DNA from: a plasmid
Direction: 5' to 3' (one strand)
DNA length: 64,000 bases
Sequence record: NZ_CP119397.1
Below the pieces are notes generated by a model that saw nothing but the letters and a program-made list of their open reading frames with translations, was not told the origin of the DNA and did no database searches. Below, in pieces: positions 1-9,940 of the stretch; position 1 is the first letter of the stretch, and each line of letters opens with the position of its first letter. A program made the position numbers and the translations under genes.

Positions 1-229
1 TTACCTGCGTTTTTGCATTGCGGATACCGGCATCGGCCTCGACCCGGCGGTGATGGCGCGGGTGTTTGACTCGTTCTACACCACCAAAAAACAGGGGATG
101 GGCATGGGCCTGACCATCAGCCACGCGATCATCGAACGCCACCGCGGCAAACTCTCGGCAGAAGCCCGCCGCCCCTACGGCAGTTGCTTTACCTTTGTGT
201 TGCCGACAGAGGGGGAACACCCTCAATGA
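1..229 (+). CDS. Sensor histidine kinase, C-terminal HATPase_c fragment. The 5' part lies outside the window. The reading frame starts at nt 2 and the stop is at 227-229.
   Basis: Frame-2 translation gives ...IADTGIGLDPAVMARVFDSFYTTKKQGMGMGLTISHAIIERHRGKLSAEARRPYGSCFTFVLPTEGEHPQ*. This carries the G1/G2-box-like motifs (DTGIG, GMGMGL) typical of the HK ATPase domain. Confidence 0.7.
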   Translation, partial: YLRFCIADTGIGLDPAVMARVFDSFYTTKKQGMGMGLTISHAIIERHRGKLSAEARRPYGSCFTFVLPTEGEHPQ

Positions 230-480
230 AAATGGCACACAACGCCGCCGTTTTCCCGCCCCTGGCAATAACCGGCAACTTTTCTAACGCGCACCCCCAG
301 CGATAATGTTGGGGGTCAGAGAAGGCGTGGCCCCCTACCTTAAATAATCAGTATCACTGGCAGGTGCTGCCTATAATGCATTAAATCAACAGGCAGAGTA
401 TTTTCTTAGGGATTTTACAGGCACCGATCTTGTTGAATGTTCTTATCTGATTCTGGCTTGGAACGATGTATAATCATCCG

Positions 481-1032
481 TCAGATATAAGTTATCTCTT
501 TTTTATTATACACCACTGAATTATCAGGAATATCCTTATTGACGAACGTCATCGCGCCGATGACCACGTTGCTGCCGATCCGTAAATTCTCACCAATTAT
601 GCAGCTGTTTGCCCCAACCTCCACGTTATCACCAATATAGATTTTCCCCTCCTGATCATTTTTTCTGACACCGATAGTGACATTCTGTTTTATATAAAAA
701 TCATCTCCAATGATGCAACAGTCAGCTATCACAATGCCCACATAATGTGAAATGCTGAGGCCTACGCCGATTTTGGCACCTAATTTAATGTCTAAACCGT
801 ACTTATTCCGTAGATTACGATTTACCCTGACAGCATATTTTTTCATTTTACCATTAAGGTAAAGGTAGTTAGCCACACGCCACCAAAAATGAAAACGCCG
901 ATCCGGGCACTTAATGGCTTTATAAATTGTTTTTAACCAGGAAAAATTTTTATCAGTCCTCATGACTTCAGCCCGAAGACAAGATTTTAGATGTTCAATA
1001 CTGTTGTGTTGACGTTCCAAATTAAAACCCAA
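481..1032 (-). CDS. Hexapeptide-repeat (left-handed beta-helix) O-acetyltransferase. It is serine-acetyltransferase / WcaB-like and resembles polysaccharide-modifying acetyltransferases. TTG start.
   Basis: 183-aa ORF with repeated [LIV]G-x-x-x-x hexapeptides (IGVGLSISHYVGIVIADCCIIGDDFYIKQNVTIGV..IGDNVEVGANSCIIGENLRIGSNVVIGA). It sits in a strongly AT-rich segment unlike its flanks. Confidence 0.7.
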   Translation of the reverse strand: MGFNLERQHNSIEHLKSCLRAEVMRTDKNFSWLKTIYKAIKCPDRRFHFWWRVANYLYLNGKMKKYAVRVNRNLRNKYGLDIKLGAKIGVGLSISHYVGIVIADCCIIGDDFYIKQNVTIGVRKNDQEGKIYIGDNVEVGANSCIIGENLRIGSNVVIGAMTFVNKDIPDNSVVYNKKEITYI

Positions 1033-1456
1033 GAAGCAGAAGATTTAGTTATTTGCTCATCCTGTTTTAAGAATAAAGCCCCCTGTTTTTAAACTGCTAA
1101 TTTAAAACCACTTAATCGCTCATGGGCTAAATAACCCTTCAAGAGCATGATACTTAAAATACGCTTAACTTTTTATAAAAAATTGATTGATATCAACAAA
1201 ATGCATTAAAACCTTCTATAGCAGTACTCGAGCAAGAAAATTTCTATATTCAATTTTAAAGCTAATTATGTTGATGAAATAATTTTCAGGTGCTTTAGTA
1301 GAAAGCTGTCTTATTAAGATTTTTAGCAGGTTTCGGCATTGGATAGACCTTACCGGGATGATAAGTGCCATTATTTTATCCTTATCCAGCCTGGAACAAT
1401 AAAATATCAGCACGATGAAGAGGGGAAGTACGCCGCCCTAGGGCGGCGGGCGTGGC

Positions 1457-1792
1457 TCAGGCGGCCGGGTTACCCGGCAATGCGGCGAGGTGGCGGCGCA
1501 GTTCGCCGTGGGCCATCGCCACGGCGGGGGAATCCTGCAAGGCGGCGAGGTATTTCTGGTGGAACGCGCTGGGATTGTCCGCGCCGGGCGTCAGTTGCTG
1601 TTCGATGCGGCGTTGGTAATCCTGCACCGTGCTCTGTTCCACCCCCTGCTCTTTATCATCCAGCCGCTCATCCAGCCCCACCAGGATCTCAGAAATCTGC
1701 TGGAGCCAGGCGAATTGCGGGTGGCTGGTCAGCAGTTGCAACTGGTCAAACGCGCTGCCTGCCGGGCCAAACTGGGCCAGTTCACTCTCCAC
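1457..1792 (-). CDS. Hypothetical protein, 111 aa. It lies ~105 nt downstream of the response regulator on the same strand. It could be a remnant.
   Basis: Open frame with host-like codon usage. I recognise no family. Confidence 0.3.
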   Translation of the reverse strand: MESELAQFGPAGSAFDQLQLLTSHPQFAWLQQISEILVGLDERLDDKEQGVEQSTVQDYQRRIEQQLTPGADNPSAFHQKYLAALQDSPAVAMAHGELRRHLAALPGNPAA

Positions 1793-1897
1793 CAGCGTTT
1801 TATGCAGCCTGCGCAGCGAGGGTTGACATCGTTCTCAGCTGCGCGCGCGGGTCAGGCGGGGTGTGGGTCGTCAAGGGCTTCTCCTTTGAGAACAGAA

Positions 1898-2551
1898 TTA
1901 ACGGCTTTGGGATTTCAGGATATTCAGGCGCTCCGCAGCCCGGACTAAATCCGCCAGCGAGCGCGCCTGCATTTTTTCCATCACACGGCGTTTATGCACT
2001 TTGGCGGTGATTTCACTGACGCCCAGCGCATTGGCGATCTGTTTATTCAGTAACCCGCCGATCGCCAGCTCCAGCACTTCGCACTCGCGCGGCGTCAGGG
2101 TCTGATGCCGCTGCCGCAGCGCCAGGTGCTCGCAGGAGAGCGTGAGGTTCTTCTCCGCCAACTGCAAGGCATCGGCCACCGCGTTCAACAGCTGGTCGGC
2201 CATCACCGGTTTGGTCAAAAACTCATGCGCCCCGGCTTTCATCGCCTTGACGGACATCGGAATGGTGCCGAAGCCGGTCAGGAAAATTATCGGGATGGCG
2301 TGGCCGTTGTTATGCAGCGTTTCGGCCACGTCAAAGCCATTGGCGACCGGCATATTCATATCAAGAATCAGGCAACTGGGTACCGGGCTGAAGGGGTGCG
2401 CCAGAAACGCCTCAGCAGAGGCGAAATCCGCCACCGTATACGCTGCTGACTCCAGCAAGCGGACAAGCGAACGCCTGACCGCCTCATCATCGTCCACCAC
2501 ATACACTATCTGATCCATCGTTAAGTCCTGTTTTTGCCGTGGGTCAGCCAC
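1898..2551 (-). CDS. Two-component response regulator, FixJ/LuxR (NarL) family, with REC and HTH_LuxR domains. The likely true start is the internal Met at ~2518 (MDQIVYVVDDDE...).
   Basis: A phosphoacceptor DD..D..K receiver motif is followed by a C-terminal LuxR HTH (TPRECEVLELAIGGLLNKQIANALGVSEITAKVHKRRVMEKM). Confidence 0.85.
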   Translation of the reverse strand: MADPRQKQDLTMDQIVYVVDDDEAVRRSLVRLLESAAYTVADFASAEAFLAHPFSPVPSCLILDMNMPVANGFDVAETLHNNGHAIPIIFLTGFGTIPMSVKAMKAGAHEFLTKPVMADQLLNAVADALQLAEKNLTLSCEHLALRQRHQTLTPRECEVLELAIGGLLNKQIANALGVSEITAKVHKRRVMEKMQARSLADLVRAAERLNILKSQSR

Positions 2552-2772
2552 ACGGGCCGCCCAGCCAGAATTACCGCGATCATGAAGTCAGAACCACCAG
2601 ATTGATTTAGTAGGATATTATGACTTTATAATAATGAGTATGGATATAATGAGCGAATACTTTATTTCGTGAAGAATTAAGCAAAATGCCATAAGGAAAC
2701 CGGCCAGGTCTCCTTTTCAGCGGTTAACCTGACCGGATGGTCTCTTCCAACCTGCGCTGCTTGGGGCCTGCG

Positions 2773-3762
2773 TCAGCTTTTCAGCTGCGGCGGGACGGGC
2801 GGCGTGCCGTGGGTATGGAAGGTGTCGATGGTTTTCAGCCCCCAGGCCTGCCCTTTTTTCCGGTCAGCCTCTGTCCAGACCACGGTTTGCCAGTCCGGTG
2901 CCAGGATCAGCCGGGCGCCGGAGTTTGCCAGCTCCACGCGGTTGCCCGCCGGCTCCCAGACATACAGGAAAAAGGTGCCCTGAATCGCGTGTTTATGCGG
3001 GCCGGTCTCAATGTGGATGCCGTTTTCCAGAAAGATATCGGCGGCGCGCAGAATGTCTTCACGGCAGTCTGTGGCGTAGGTGACGTGGTGCAGGCGGCCG
3101 TTACCGCCGCCATGCTCTTCGGTACAGGCCAGATCATAAGTTTTATTGTTGACGGTAAACCAGCACCCGCCGATACGGCCGTTATCCAGTTGGATCATCT
3201 CTGTCACCCGCGAGCCGAGGCGGGTTTCCATGAATTTTTTAAATTCCGTCACATCGGCGGCCAGCAGATTAAGATGATCCAGGCGGCGCGGGCAGGCACC
3301 ACGGCTATGGTAGCGCTGCGCCAGATTTTTCAGCGACGGGCGTTCACCTGCTTCGGCCTGGTAGCGCACGGTATCGTAGTAAATCTCAAAAATGTGCCCA
3401 AACGGATCGGCAAAGCGGAAAGCGCGGCCGTGCCCCGGATCGTCATCCACCCAGCCGATCACCTCATAGCCACTGGCTTCAATCGCTGCGACACGGCGCA
3501 TCAGGGCGGCCTCAGACGAGGCGCGGTACGCGATATGCCCGACGCCGGTGGTGTGGTGGCGCGTGAGTTTCAGCGTATGGAATTCGTAATCATCCCAGGC
3601 GCGCAACCACGCATGGTGCTCTGTCCGGGCCGACACCGTCAGGCCATACACATTGACAAAGAAATCGAGGCTCTCTTCAAATTTGTCAGTGTAAAGCTCG
3701 ACGTGGGCCAGATGGGCAATATCAAAACAGGGTTCCGGCAGGGAATTTGTCATTGTCATCAT
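2773..3762 (-). CDS. Type I extradiol ring-cleavage dioxygenase, catechol 2,3-dioxygenase-like. VOC/glyoxalase superfamily, two-domain.
   Basis: 329 aa with conserved RLHHV..Y..RAAD motifs and an overall architecture like XylE-type C23O. Confidence 0.8.
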   Translation of the reverse strand: MMTMTNSLPEPCFDIAHLAHVELYTDKFEESLDFFVNVYGLTVSARTEHHAWLRAWDDYEFHTLKLTRHHTTGVGHIAYRASSEAALMRRVAAIEASGYEVIGWVDDDPGHGRAFRFADPFGHIFEIYYDTVRYQAEAGERPSLKNLAQRYHSRGACPRRLDHLNLLAADVTEFKKFMETRLGSRVTEMIQLDNGRIGGCWFTVNNKTYDLACTEEHGGGNGRLHHVTYATDCREDILRAADIFLENGIHIETGPHKHAIQGTFFLYVWEPAGNRVELANSGARLILAPDWQTVVWTEADRKKGQAWGLKTIDTFHTHGTPPVPPQLKS

Positions 3763-3924
3763 TCTCGTGGTGTAGGCATACAGCGTTAGACATTATGAAA
3801 AAGCAGGGTAACCGCCCGATGCCGGACGGGGCAGACGGTTTGACCTTATCGCGGTATGCGTTTTATTTATACTGTGATCGCGGTAACAGCACCGGCCTGC
3901 CGGACAACAGGCCAGTATGCGCCC

Positions 3925-4827
3925 TTACTCCTCCCCCTGCGCCTTCAGCCGCGCCTCTAAAAATGACAGGAAAACACGGGTAACCTCGCTGCGCTGGCGG
4001 TGCTGGGAGTAGAGCGCGTTCAGGCTCAGCGGCGCGGGGTGGTGCGCGGCCAGCACCGGCACCAGGTCGCCGCTTTTCAGCGCCGGGCCGACGATAAACG
4101 CCGGCAGCAGCACCAGCCCCAGCCCGGCGATCGCCGCGTCACGCAGCACTTCGCCGTTGTTGCTGATGATCGGCCCCTGCACATCGAGCATTTTGCGCTT
4201 GCCGTCCTGCACCAGTTCCCAGCCGGTCTGCCCTTCCCGTCCGTAACGCAGGCAGGCGTGCGCCAGCAGGTCCTCCGGCGTCTGCGGCTCCCCGGCACGC
4301 CTGAGGTAGGCGGGGCTGGCGCAGACCACCCGGCTGAGCCGGCCGAGGCGGCGGGCGATCAGCGTCGAGTCCGCCAGCGCGCCGATGCGGATGGCGATGT
4401 CAAACCCCTCACCAATCAGGTCCACCTGCCTGTCCCCCAGCTCCACCTGGAACCGCACCGCCGGGTGCAGGCTCAGGAATTCCGCAATCAGCGGCGAGAG
4501 GTGGCTCATGCCAAATGACATCGGCATGCTGATGCGGAACGTGCCGTGCAGCGCCTGGCGGCGTTCGCTGACGGCCTGTTCCGCCTCGTGGATGTCATCC
4601 AGAATGCGCTGCGCATGCTGGCCGAACACCTGCCCCGCCTCGGTCACCGAAAGCTTGCGGGTGTTGCGGATCAGCAGCCGCGCGCCCAGTGAGTCCTCCA
4701 GCGCCGCCATCCGGCGGCTGACGTACTGCTTTGACAGCAACAGCTGATCCGCTGCCGCGGTAAAGCTGCCGGCGCGGATCACGGTGATAAAAATACGAAG
4801 GTCTTCTATCTGCACATTGTCCACCAT
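3925..4827 (-). CDS. LysR-family transcriptional regulator. Start at the internal ATG (MVDNVQIEDLRIF...). It is divergent from the pirin gene.
   Basis: N-terminal HTH (LRIFITVIRAGSFTAAADQLLLSKQYVSRRMAALE) plus a LysR substrate-binding domain. Confidence 0.85.
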   Translation of the reverse strand: MVDNVQIEDLRIFITVIRAGSFTAAADQLLLSKQYVSRRMAALEDSLGARLLIRNTRKLSVTEAGQVFGQHAQRILDDIHEAEQAVSERRQALHGTFRISMPMSFGMSHLSPLIAEFLSLHPAVRFQVELGDRQVDLIGEGFDIAIRIGALADSTLIARRLGRLSRVVCASPAYLRRAGEPQTPEDLLAHACLRYGREGQTGWELVQDGKRKMLDVQGPIISNNGEVLRDAAIAGLGLVLLPAFIVGPALKSGDLVPVLAAHHPAPLSLNALYSQHRQRSEVTRVFLSFLEARLKAQGEE

Positions 4828-4937
4828 ATTGTGACAGTGATTGTCATTACAGCCGATTGTTGGGCAAAACAGTTTACGTATACTTGTTCCCCATAGGAAG
4901 GGCAACCGCCTTTCACCCCATCACCAAGGAGAACACC

Positions 4938-5657
4938 ATGATCGAGCAAAGACTGTCTGAACAACGTGGCCAGGGTAATCACGGCTGGCTGAACTCATAC
5001 CACACCTTCTCGTTCGCGGGTTACTGGGATCCGAAACAGACCGGTTTCTCTGACCTGTTGGTGATTAATGATGACCGGGTTGCACCGTCACGCGGTTTCG
5101 GGGCGCACGCCCACAACAATATGGAGATCATCTCCTATGTGCTGGAAGGGGCGCTGGCGCACAAAGACTCCATGGGCACCGGCTCGGTGATTGTCCCTGG
5201 TGATGTGCAGCTGATGAGCGCCGGTGCCGGCGTCACGCACAGCGAGTTCAACCACTCCACCCGCGACGGCGTGCACTTCCTGCAAATCTGGATTGTGCCG
5301 GATGAAAAGAACACCACGCCGGGCTACCAGCAGGTGTCAGTACCGGACAGTGAAAAACGCGGCCAGCTGCGCCTGATCGTCTCGCCGGACGGCAGCAACG
5401 GGGCGCTGCGGGTGCGGCAGGATGTGAAAATCTACGCCGGGCTGTTTGATGGCGATGAGCAGCAGACGTTTGCGCTCGGGCAGAACCGCTACGCCTACAT
5501 CCATGTGGCACGCGGCAGCGTGAACATCAACGGTATCGCGTTTACCGCCGGTGACGGTGCGCGCGTCCGGGATGAGGCCTCGCTGACCTTCAGCGGCGGC
5601 GACCAGGCGGAAGTGCTGTTGTTTGACCTGCGCCCGCTGGAAGTCAATCACCCGTAA
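4938..5657 (+). CDS. Pirin-family protein, YhhW/quercetin 2,3-dioxygenase-like bicupin.
   Basis: An AGGAGA Shine-Dalgarno sequence precedes the ATG at 4938. Conserved cupin metal-binding His/Glu motifs (HAHNNMEIISYVLEG...H.E). Confidence 0.85.
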   Translation: MIEQRLSEQRGQGNHGWLNSYHTFSFAGYWDPKQTGFSDLLVINDDRVAPSRGFGAHAHNNMEIISYVLEGALAHKDSMGTGSVIVPGDVQLMSAGAGVTHSEFNHSTRDGVHFLQIWIVPDEKNTTPGYQQVSVPDSEKRGQLRLIVSPDGSNGALRVRQDVKIYAGLFDGDEQQTFALGQNRYAYIHVARGSVNINGIAFTAGDGARVRDEASLTFSGGDQAEVLLFDLRPLEVNHP

Positions 5658-5667
5658 GTCTTGAGGC

Positions 5668-5706
5668 CTACCCGGCCACCCGCTGCAAAGCGGGTGGCTT
5701 TTTTAT
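5668..5706 (+). terminator. Rho-independent terminator downstream of the pirin gene.
   Basis: Hairpin CCACCCGCTGCAAAGCGGGTGG followed by TTTTTT. Confidence 0.7.
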
Positions 5707-5715
5707 GCCCGGCGT

Positions 5716-6626
5716 TCACAGCCGGAAACCGCCCTGCTGCAACTCCGCTTCCACCCAGCGGATAAAGGTGCTGACGTTGGCGCTGCGCTCATTGCTGTGC
5801 GGCATCACCAGATGGTGGGCATTCACCGGCAGCGTGAACGCCTCCCCAAACACCGGCACCAGCAAACCGTCACGCACATAGCCCTGGCTCAGCATGGCGC
5901 TCTCCAGAATCACCCCCAGCCCCATCACCGCTGCCTCAAAACTCATGTATGACCGGTCAAAACTCAGCCCGTAATGCGAGGCGTAACGCGGCGTATTGTG
6001 GTACTCGAACCATTTCTCCCAGTTCAGCAGGGTGCTGGTGGAGTGGATAAGCTCACAGCCCAGCAGGTCATGCGGCGTCGCGACCGGGTGGCGGCGCAGA
6101 TAGTCCGGCGAGGCGAGCACCATCACCCGGTCATTCTTGATGGTCATCACGCGGTAGGCGTCCCAGTCGGGGATGCCGTGCCGGATATCAATATCGATAT
6201 TGTCGCGCGAAAATTGCAGGTTTTCATAAGAGCAGGAGAGATTAATCGTGATCTCCGGGTGCTGTTCCCGGAATGCGCCTAACCGCTTCATCAGCCAGAT
6301 TAAACCGAATGAAGGCGAGGAGTGAACCCGCAAGGTTTGCTGGGCACTGTCATTAATCAGCTGGTCGGTGGCCCGGCCAATAATACTCATTGCCCCGGAG
6401 ACCTCTTTTAAATATTTCTCTGCCGTTTTGGTCAGCGCAACCCCTTTTCCGTTACGGATAAAAAGTTTTTTCCCAATGAATTTTTCCAGGGCGGCAATCT
6501 GATGGCTGACGGCCGACGGCGTAATATTCAGCTGCTCCGCCGCGGTATGGATACTGAGCGTATTGGCGACTTCCAGGAATGACTGGATATTCCTGAGCGA
6601 GGGAAGCGGCAGGTTTTTTTGTCATG
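5716..6626 (-). pseudogene. GcvA-like LysR-family regulator with a +1 frameshift in a homopolymer (A7 on the coding strand, = T7 at 6614-6620 on +). The N-terminal HTH continues upstream of the annotated 224-aa ORF.
   Basis: The same frame as ORF 5716..6390 continues upstream as ...NLPLPSLRNIQSFLEVANTLSIHTAAEQLNITPSAVSHQIAALEKFIGKKLFIRNGKGVALT (a GcvA-type N-terminus) but ends in a TGA. The ATG at ~6624-6626 (ATGACAAAAAAA...) joins this frame only if the A-run is one base shorter. Confidence 0.6.
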
Positions 6627-6823
6627 CGCTGTCATGGTTTACTCCGCTAAGCAATAAGCTGATGGCCGAGTGTGGTTGATTTCGCTGATAAAAGTCGCCT
6701 GCTTGACGCCAGAGTGTGACGCAATGCACAAAATAGCCGCCTGCGCCTTTTTACTCCGTTTTTATGACGCCGCTCATGCCTCAAATTTTTCTCAGCTATA
6801 AATGAGATTCCTTAACTTCTGTT

Positions 6824-6859
6824 TTAGCGCAATGCCGTTATATTCGTATTTCACGCTAA
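6824..6859. promoter_or_regulatory. Inverted repeat TTAGCG-N24-CGCTAA in the divergent LysR / MFS intergenic region. Candidate LysR-type operator.
   Basis: Perfect 6-bp inverted arms about 60 bp upstream of the MFS gene start. Confidence 0.3.
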
Positions 6860-6911
6860 TGAGCCGAACCGAAAATCATAAAAAACGGTTGTTCTTATTA
6901 AGAGGTAAACC

Positions 6912-8261
6912 ATGTCTCGCATAGAACACGCTGTCCCTTACACTGCTGCTAAAAAAACGAATTATCGGTTTGTGGTGCTGTCGCTGATTTTTATTGTGTA
7001 TGCGATTAATTACGCGGATCGCACAAACATCGGCGCGGTATTGCCTTTTATCATCGATGAATTCCATATCAATAATTTCGAGGCGGGTGCCATCGCCAGT
7101 ATGTTTTTCCTGGGCTATTCGCTCAGCCAGATCCCGGCCGGCTTTTTTATCGCGAAAAAGGGCATCCGGGATCTGGTGGCGCTGTCGGTGCTTGGTTTCT
7201 CCGCCTTCACCTGGCTGATGGGCACTGCCGGTTCCGTGCTGGGGCTGAAGTGCATCCGCCTCGGGCTGGGGCTGACCGAAGGCCCCTGCCCGGTGGGGCT
7301 GGCCTCCACCATCAACAACTGGTTCCCGGCCAAAGAGAAAGCCACCGCAACCGGCGTCTATATCGCGGCCACCATGTTCGCGCCGATTATCGTGCCGCCG
7401 CTGGCAGTCTGGATCGCCGTGACCTGGGGCTGGCGCTGGGTCTTTTTCTCCTTTGCCATTCCCGGCCTGATTGTGGCGGCAGCCTGGTACCTGCTGGTGA
7501 GAACCCGCCCGTCGGAGAGCCGGTTTGTGTCAGAGGCGGAGCAGGCGTTCATCAGTGACGAACAGGCGCACCACAGCACCGCACACCAGAACAGCACGGC
7601 GCGGCCGAACATCGTGACAGCGCCCCGTTTCACCCTGCTGGACAAGCTTATCCGCGTGAAGGCGCTGACGCCGGTGGCGACCGTGAAGGGGCTGTTTACC
7701 TCACGCAATATCCTGGGCGACTGCCTGGCCTATTTCATGATGGTCAGCGTGCTTTATGGGCTGCTGACCTGGATCCCGCTCTACCTGGTCAAGGAGAAAG
7801 GTTTCACCTTTATCAGCATGGGGCTGGTGGCGAGTATGCCGTGCATCGGCGGCTTTATCGGGGCGATCACCGGCGGGTTTATCTCAGACAAACTGCTGGG
7901 CCGCCGCAGAAAACCCACCATGATGTTCACCGCCGTAACGACCGTGGTGATGATGCTGATCATGCTGAATATCCCCGGCAGTACCGTCGCCGTCTGCACC
8001 GGGCTGTTCTTTGTCGGCTTCTGCCTGAACATCGGCTGGCCCGCCTTTACCGCCTACGGCATGGCGGTGGCGGACAGCAAAACCTACCCCATCGCCGCCT
8101 CCATCATCAACAGCGGCGGCAACCTCGGCGGCTTTGTGTCACCGATGGCGGCCGGTTTCCTGCTGGACTACACCGGCGGCTTCAACGCGGTCTTTATTTA
8201 CTTCGGCATCTGCGCCGCCCTCGGCCTGCTGATTATTTGCACACTCGACGAACCGAAATAA
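6912..8261 (+). CDS. MFS transporter, anion:cation symporter (ACS) family. Sugar-acid / hexuronate-type permease.
   Basis: 449 aa, 12 predicted TM segments, N-terminal ACS-family signature (YADRTNIGAVLPFIIDEF...GYSLSQIPAGF). Confidence 0.85.
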   Translation: MSRIEHAVPYTAAKKTNYRFVVLSLIFIVYAINYADRTNIGAVLPFIIDEFHINNFEAGAIASMFFLGYSLSQIPAGFFIAKKGIRDLVALSVLGFSAFTWLMGTAGSVLGLKCIRLGLGLTEGPCPVGLASTINNWFPAKEKATATGVYIAATMFAPIIVPPLAVWIAVTWGWRWVFFSFAIPGLIVAAAWYLLVRTRPSESRFVSEAEQAFISDEQAHHSTAHQNSTARPNIVTAPRFTLLDKLIRVKALTPVATVKGLFTSRNILGDCLAYFMMVSVLYGLLTWIPLYLVKEKGFTFISMGLVASMPCIGGFIGAITGGFISDKLLGRRRKPTMMFTAVTTVVMMLIMLNIPGSTVAVCTGLFFVGFCLNIGWPAFTAYGMAVADSKTYPIAASIINSGGNLGGFVSPMAAGFLLDYTGGFNAVFIYFGICAALGLLIICTLDEPK

Positions 8262-8307
8262 CCGTCACTGATAACCCGTTCTTACTTTCTTTATCCGGAG
8301 CTTACTT

Positions 8308-9057
8308 ATGTTGTTAAAAGATAAAGTCGCCGTTATTACCGGCGCGGCCTCCCCACGCGGCCTGGGTTTTGCCACCGCCAGACTCTTTGCGGAACAGGGT
8401 GCCAACGTGGTGATTATCGACCTGGATGCCGCGGCCAGCCGGCAGGCCGCCGCGACGCTTGGCGACGCGCACCTGGGGCTGATGGCCAACGTGGCGGATG
8501 AGGCGCAGGTGAGCGCGGCCGTCGAGCAGGTGCTGGGCCGCTACGGCCGCATCGATATTCTGGTGAACAATGCCGGGATCACGCAGCCGATCAAAACCCT
8601 GGACATCAAACGCGACAACTACGACGCCGTGCTGGATGTCAGCCTGCGCGGCACGCTGCTGATGTCCCAGGCGGTGCTGCCGGCGATGCGCACGCAACAG
8701 GGCGGCAGCATCGTCTGCATCTCCTCGGTGTCCGCCCAGCGCGGCGGCGGGATCTTCGGCGGCCCGCACTACAGCGCGGCCAAAGCCGGGGTGCTGGGGC
8801 TGGCGCGCGCCATGGCGCGGGAGTTCGGCCCTGACAACATCCGGGTCAACTGCATCGCGCCGGGGCTGATTCAGACCGACATCACCGCCGGCAAACTCTC
8901 CGATGAGATGAAACAGACCATCCTGAGCGGCATCCCGCTCAACCGCCTGGGCGATGCACAGGATGTGGCGCGCGCCGCGCTGTTCCTCGGCAGCGATCTC
9001 TCTTCTTACTCCACCGGGATCACGCTGGACGTGAACGGCGGCATGTTAATCCACTAA
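8308..9057 (+). CDS. SDR-family oxidoreductase (FabG-like short-chain dehydrogenase).
   Basis: TGAASPRGLG cofactor motif and the S..YxxxK catalytic motif (YSAAKAG). Confidence 0.85.
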   Translation: MLLKDKVAVITGAASPRGLGFATARLFAEQGANVVIIDLDAAASRQAAATLGDAHLGLMANVADEAQVSAAVEQVLGRYGRIDILVNNAGITQPIKTLDIKRDNYDAVLDVSLRGTLLMSQAVLPAMRTQQGGSIVCISSVSAQRGGGIFGGPHYSAAKAGVLGLARAMAREFGPDNIRVNCIAPGLIQTDITAGKLSDEMKQTILSGIPLNRLGDAQDVARAALFLGSDLSSYSTGITLDVNGGMLIH

Positions 9058-9070
9058 GCGAGGCTGCACC

Positions 9071-9940
9071 ATGTCCCAGATTGATACCGAAAACACCGTG
9101 ACCGGCATTGAGGCGGTGGCCGCCGCCGCGTGGCGCATCCGCCGTTACGCCCTGCGGATGGGCGAAGTCCAGGGCCAGGGCTATATCGGCCAGGCGCTGG
9201 GTTACGCGGATGTGCTGGCGGCAGCCTTCAGCCACGCCATGACCTACCGCCCGGAGGAGCCGGCGTGGGAGGGGCGCGACCGTTTCCTGCTTTCCCACGG
9301 CCATTACGCCATCGCCTGTTATGCCGCGCTGATTGAGGCGGGCATCATCCCGGAAGCGGAGCTGGAGACCTACGGCTTTGATGACAGCCGCCTGCCGATG
9401 TCCGGCATGGCGACCTACACCCCCGGCATGGAGATCTCCGGCGGCTCGCTGGGCCAGGGGCTGACCATCGCGGTCGGCATGGCGCTGGGGCTGAAGCAGA
9501 AGCGCAGTGCCTCCTGGGTGATCAACTCCATGTCAGACGGCGAGCTGGACGAGGGCGCGGTCTGGGAAGCCGCGCTCTCAGCGGCGCACTACGGGCTGGA
9601 TAACCTTATCAACCTGGTGGACATCAACCGCCAGCAGGCGGACGGCGACTCACGCAAAATTCTGGGCTTCGAGCCGCTGGAGGAGAAGTGGGCTGCGTTT
9701 GGCTGGTATGTGCAGCGCGTCAACGGCAACGACCTGCCGGCGGTGATCCGGGCGTTTGATAACGCGAAACAGTGCCCGGAAAACCAGCCGCGGGTGATCC
9801 TGTGCGACACCCTGATGGGCAAAGGGGTGCCGTTCCTGGAGACCCGCGACAAGAACCACTTTATCCGTGTTGATGCCGATGAATGGCAAAAAGCCCTCGC
9901 GGTGCTGGATGCCAACACCCCCACAGGAGCGCACTTATGA
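9071..9940 (+). CDS. Transketolase, N-terminal subunit of a split transketolase. TPP-binding.
   Basis: 289 aa with TPP-binding motifs (GHYAIACYAALIEAGI, GSLGQGL, SDGELDEG). Its stop overlaps the start of the next gene (ATGA). Confidence 0.9.
   Translation: MSQIDTENTVTGIEAVAAAAWRIRRYALRMGEVQGQGYIGQALGYADVLAAAFSHAMTYRPEEPAWEGRDRFLLSHGHYAIACYAALIEAGIIPEAELETYGFDDSRLPMSGMATYTPGMEISGGSLGQGLTIAVGMALGLKQKRSASWVINSMSDGELDEGAVWEAALSAAHYGLDNLINLVDINRQQADGDSRKILGFEPLEEKWAAFGWYVQRVNGNDLPAVIRAFDNAKQCPENQPRVILCDTLMGKGVPFLETRDKNHFIRVDADEWQKALAVLDANTPTGAHL

Noticed and set aside
1339-2010. 223-aa + strand ORF overlapping the response-regulator gene and the 111-aa ORF.
   Set aside because: The translation is Arg/Pro/Gly-rich, which is a typical GC-frame artefact. 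The opposite-strand regulator is clearly real.
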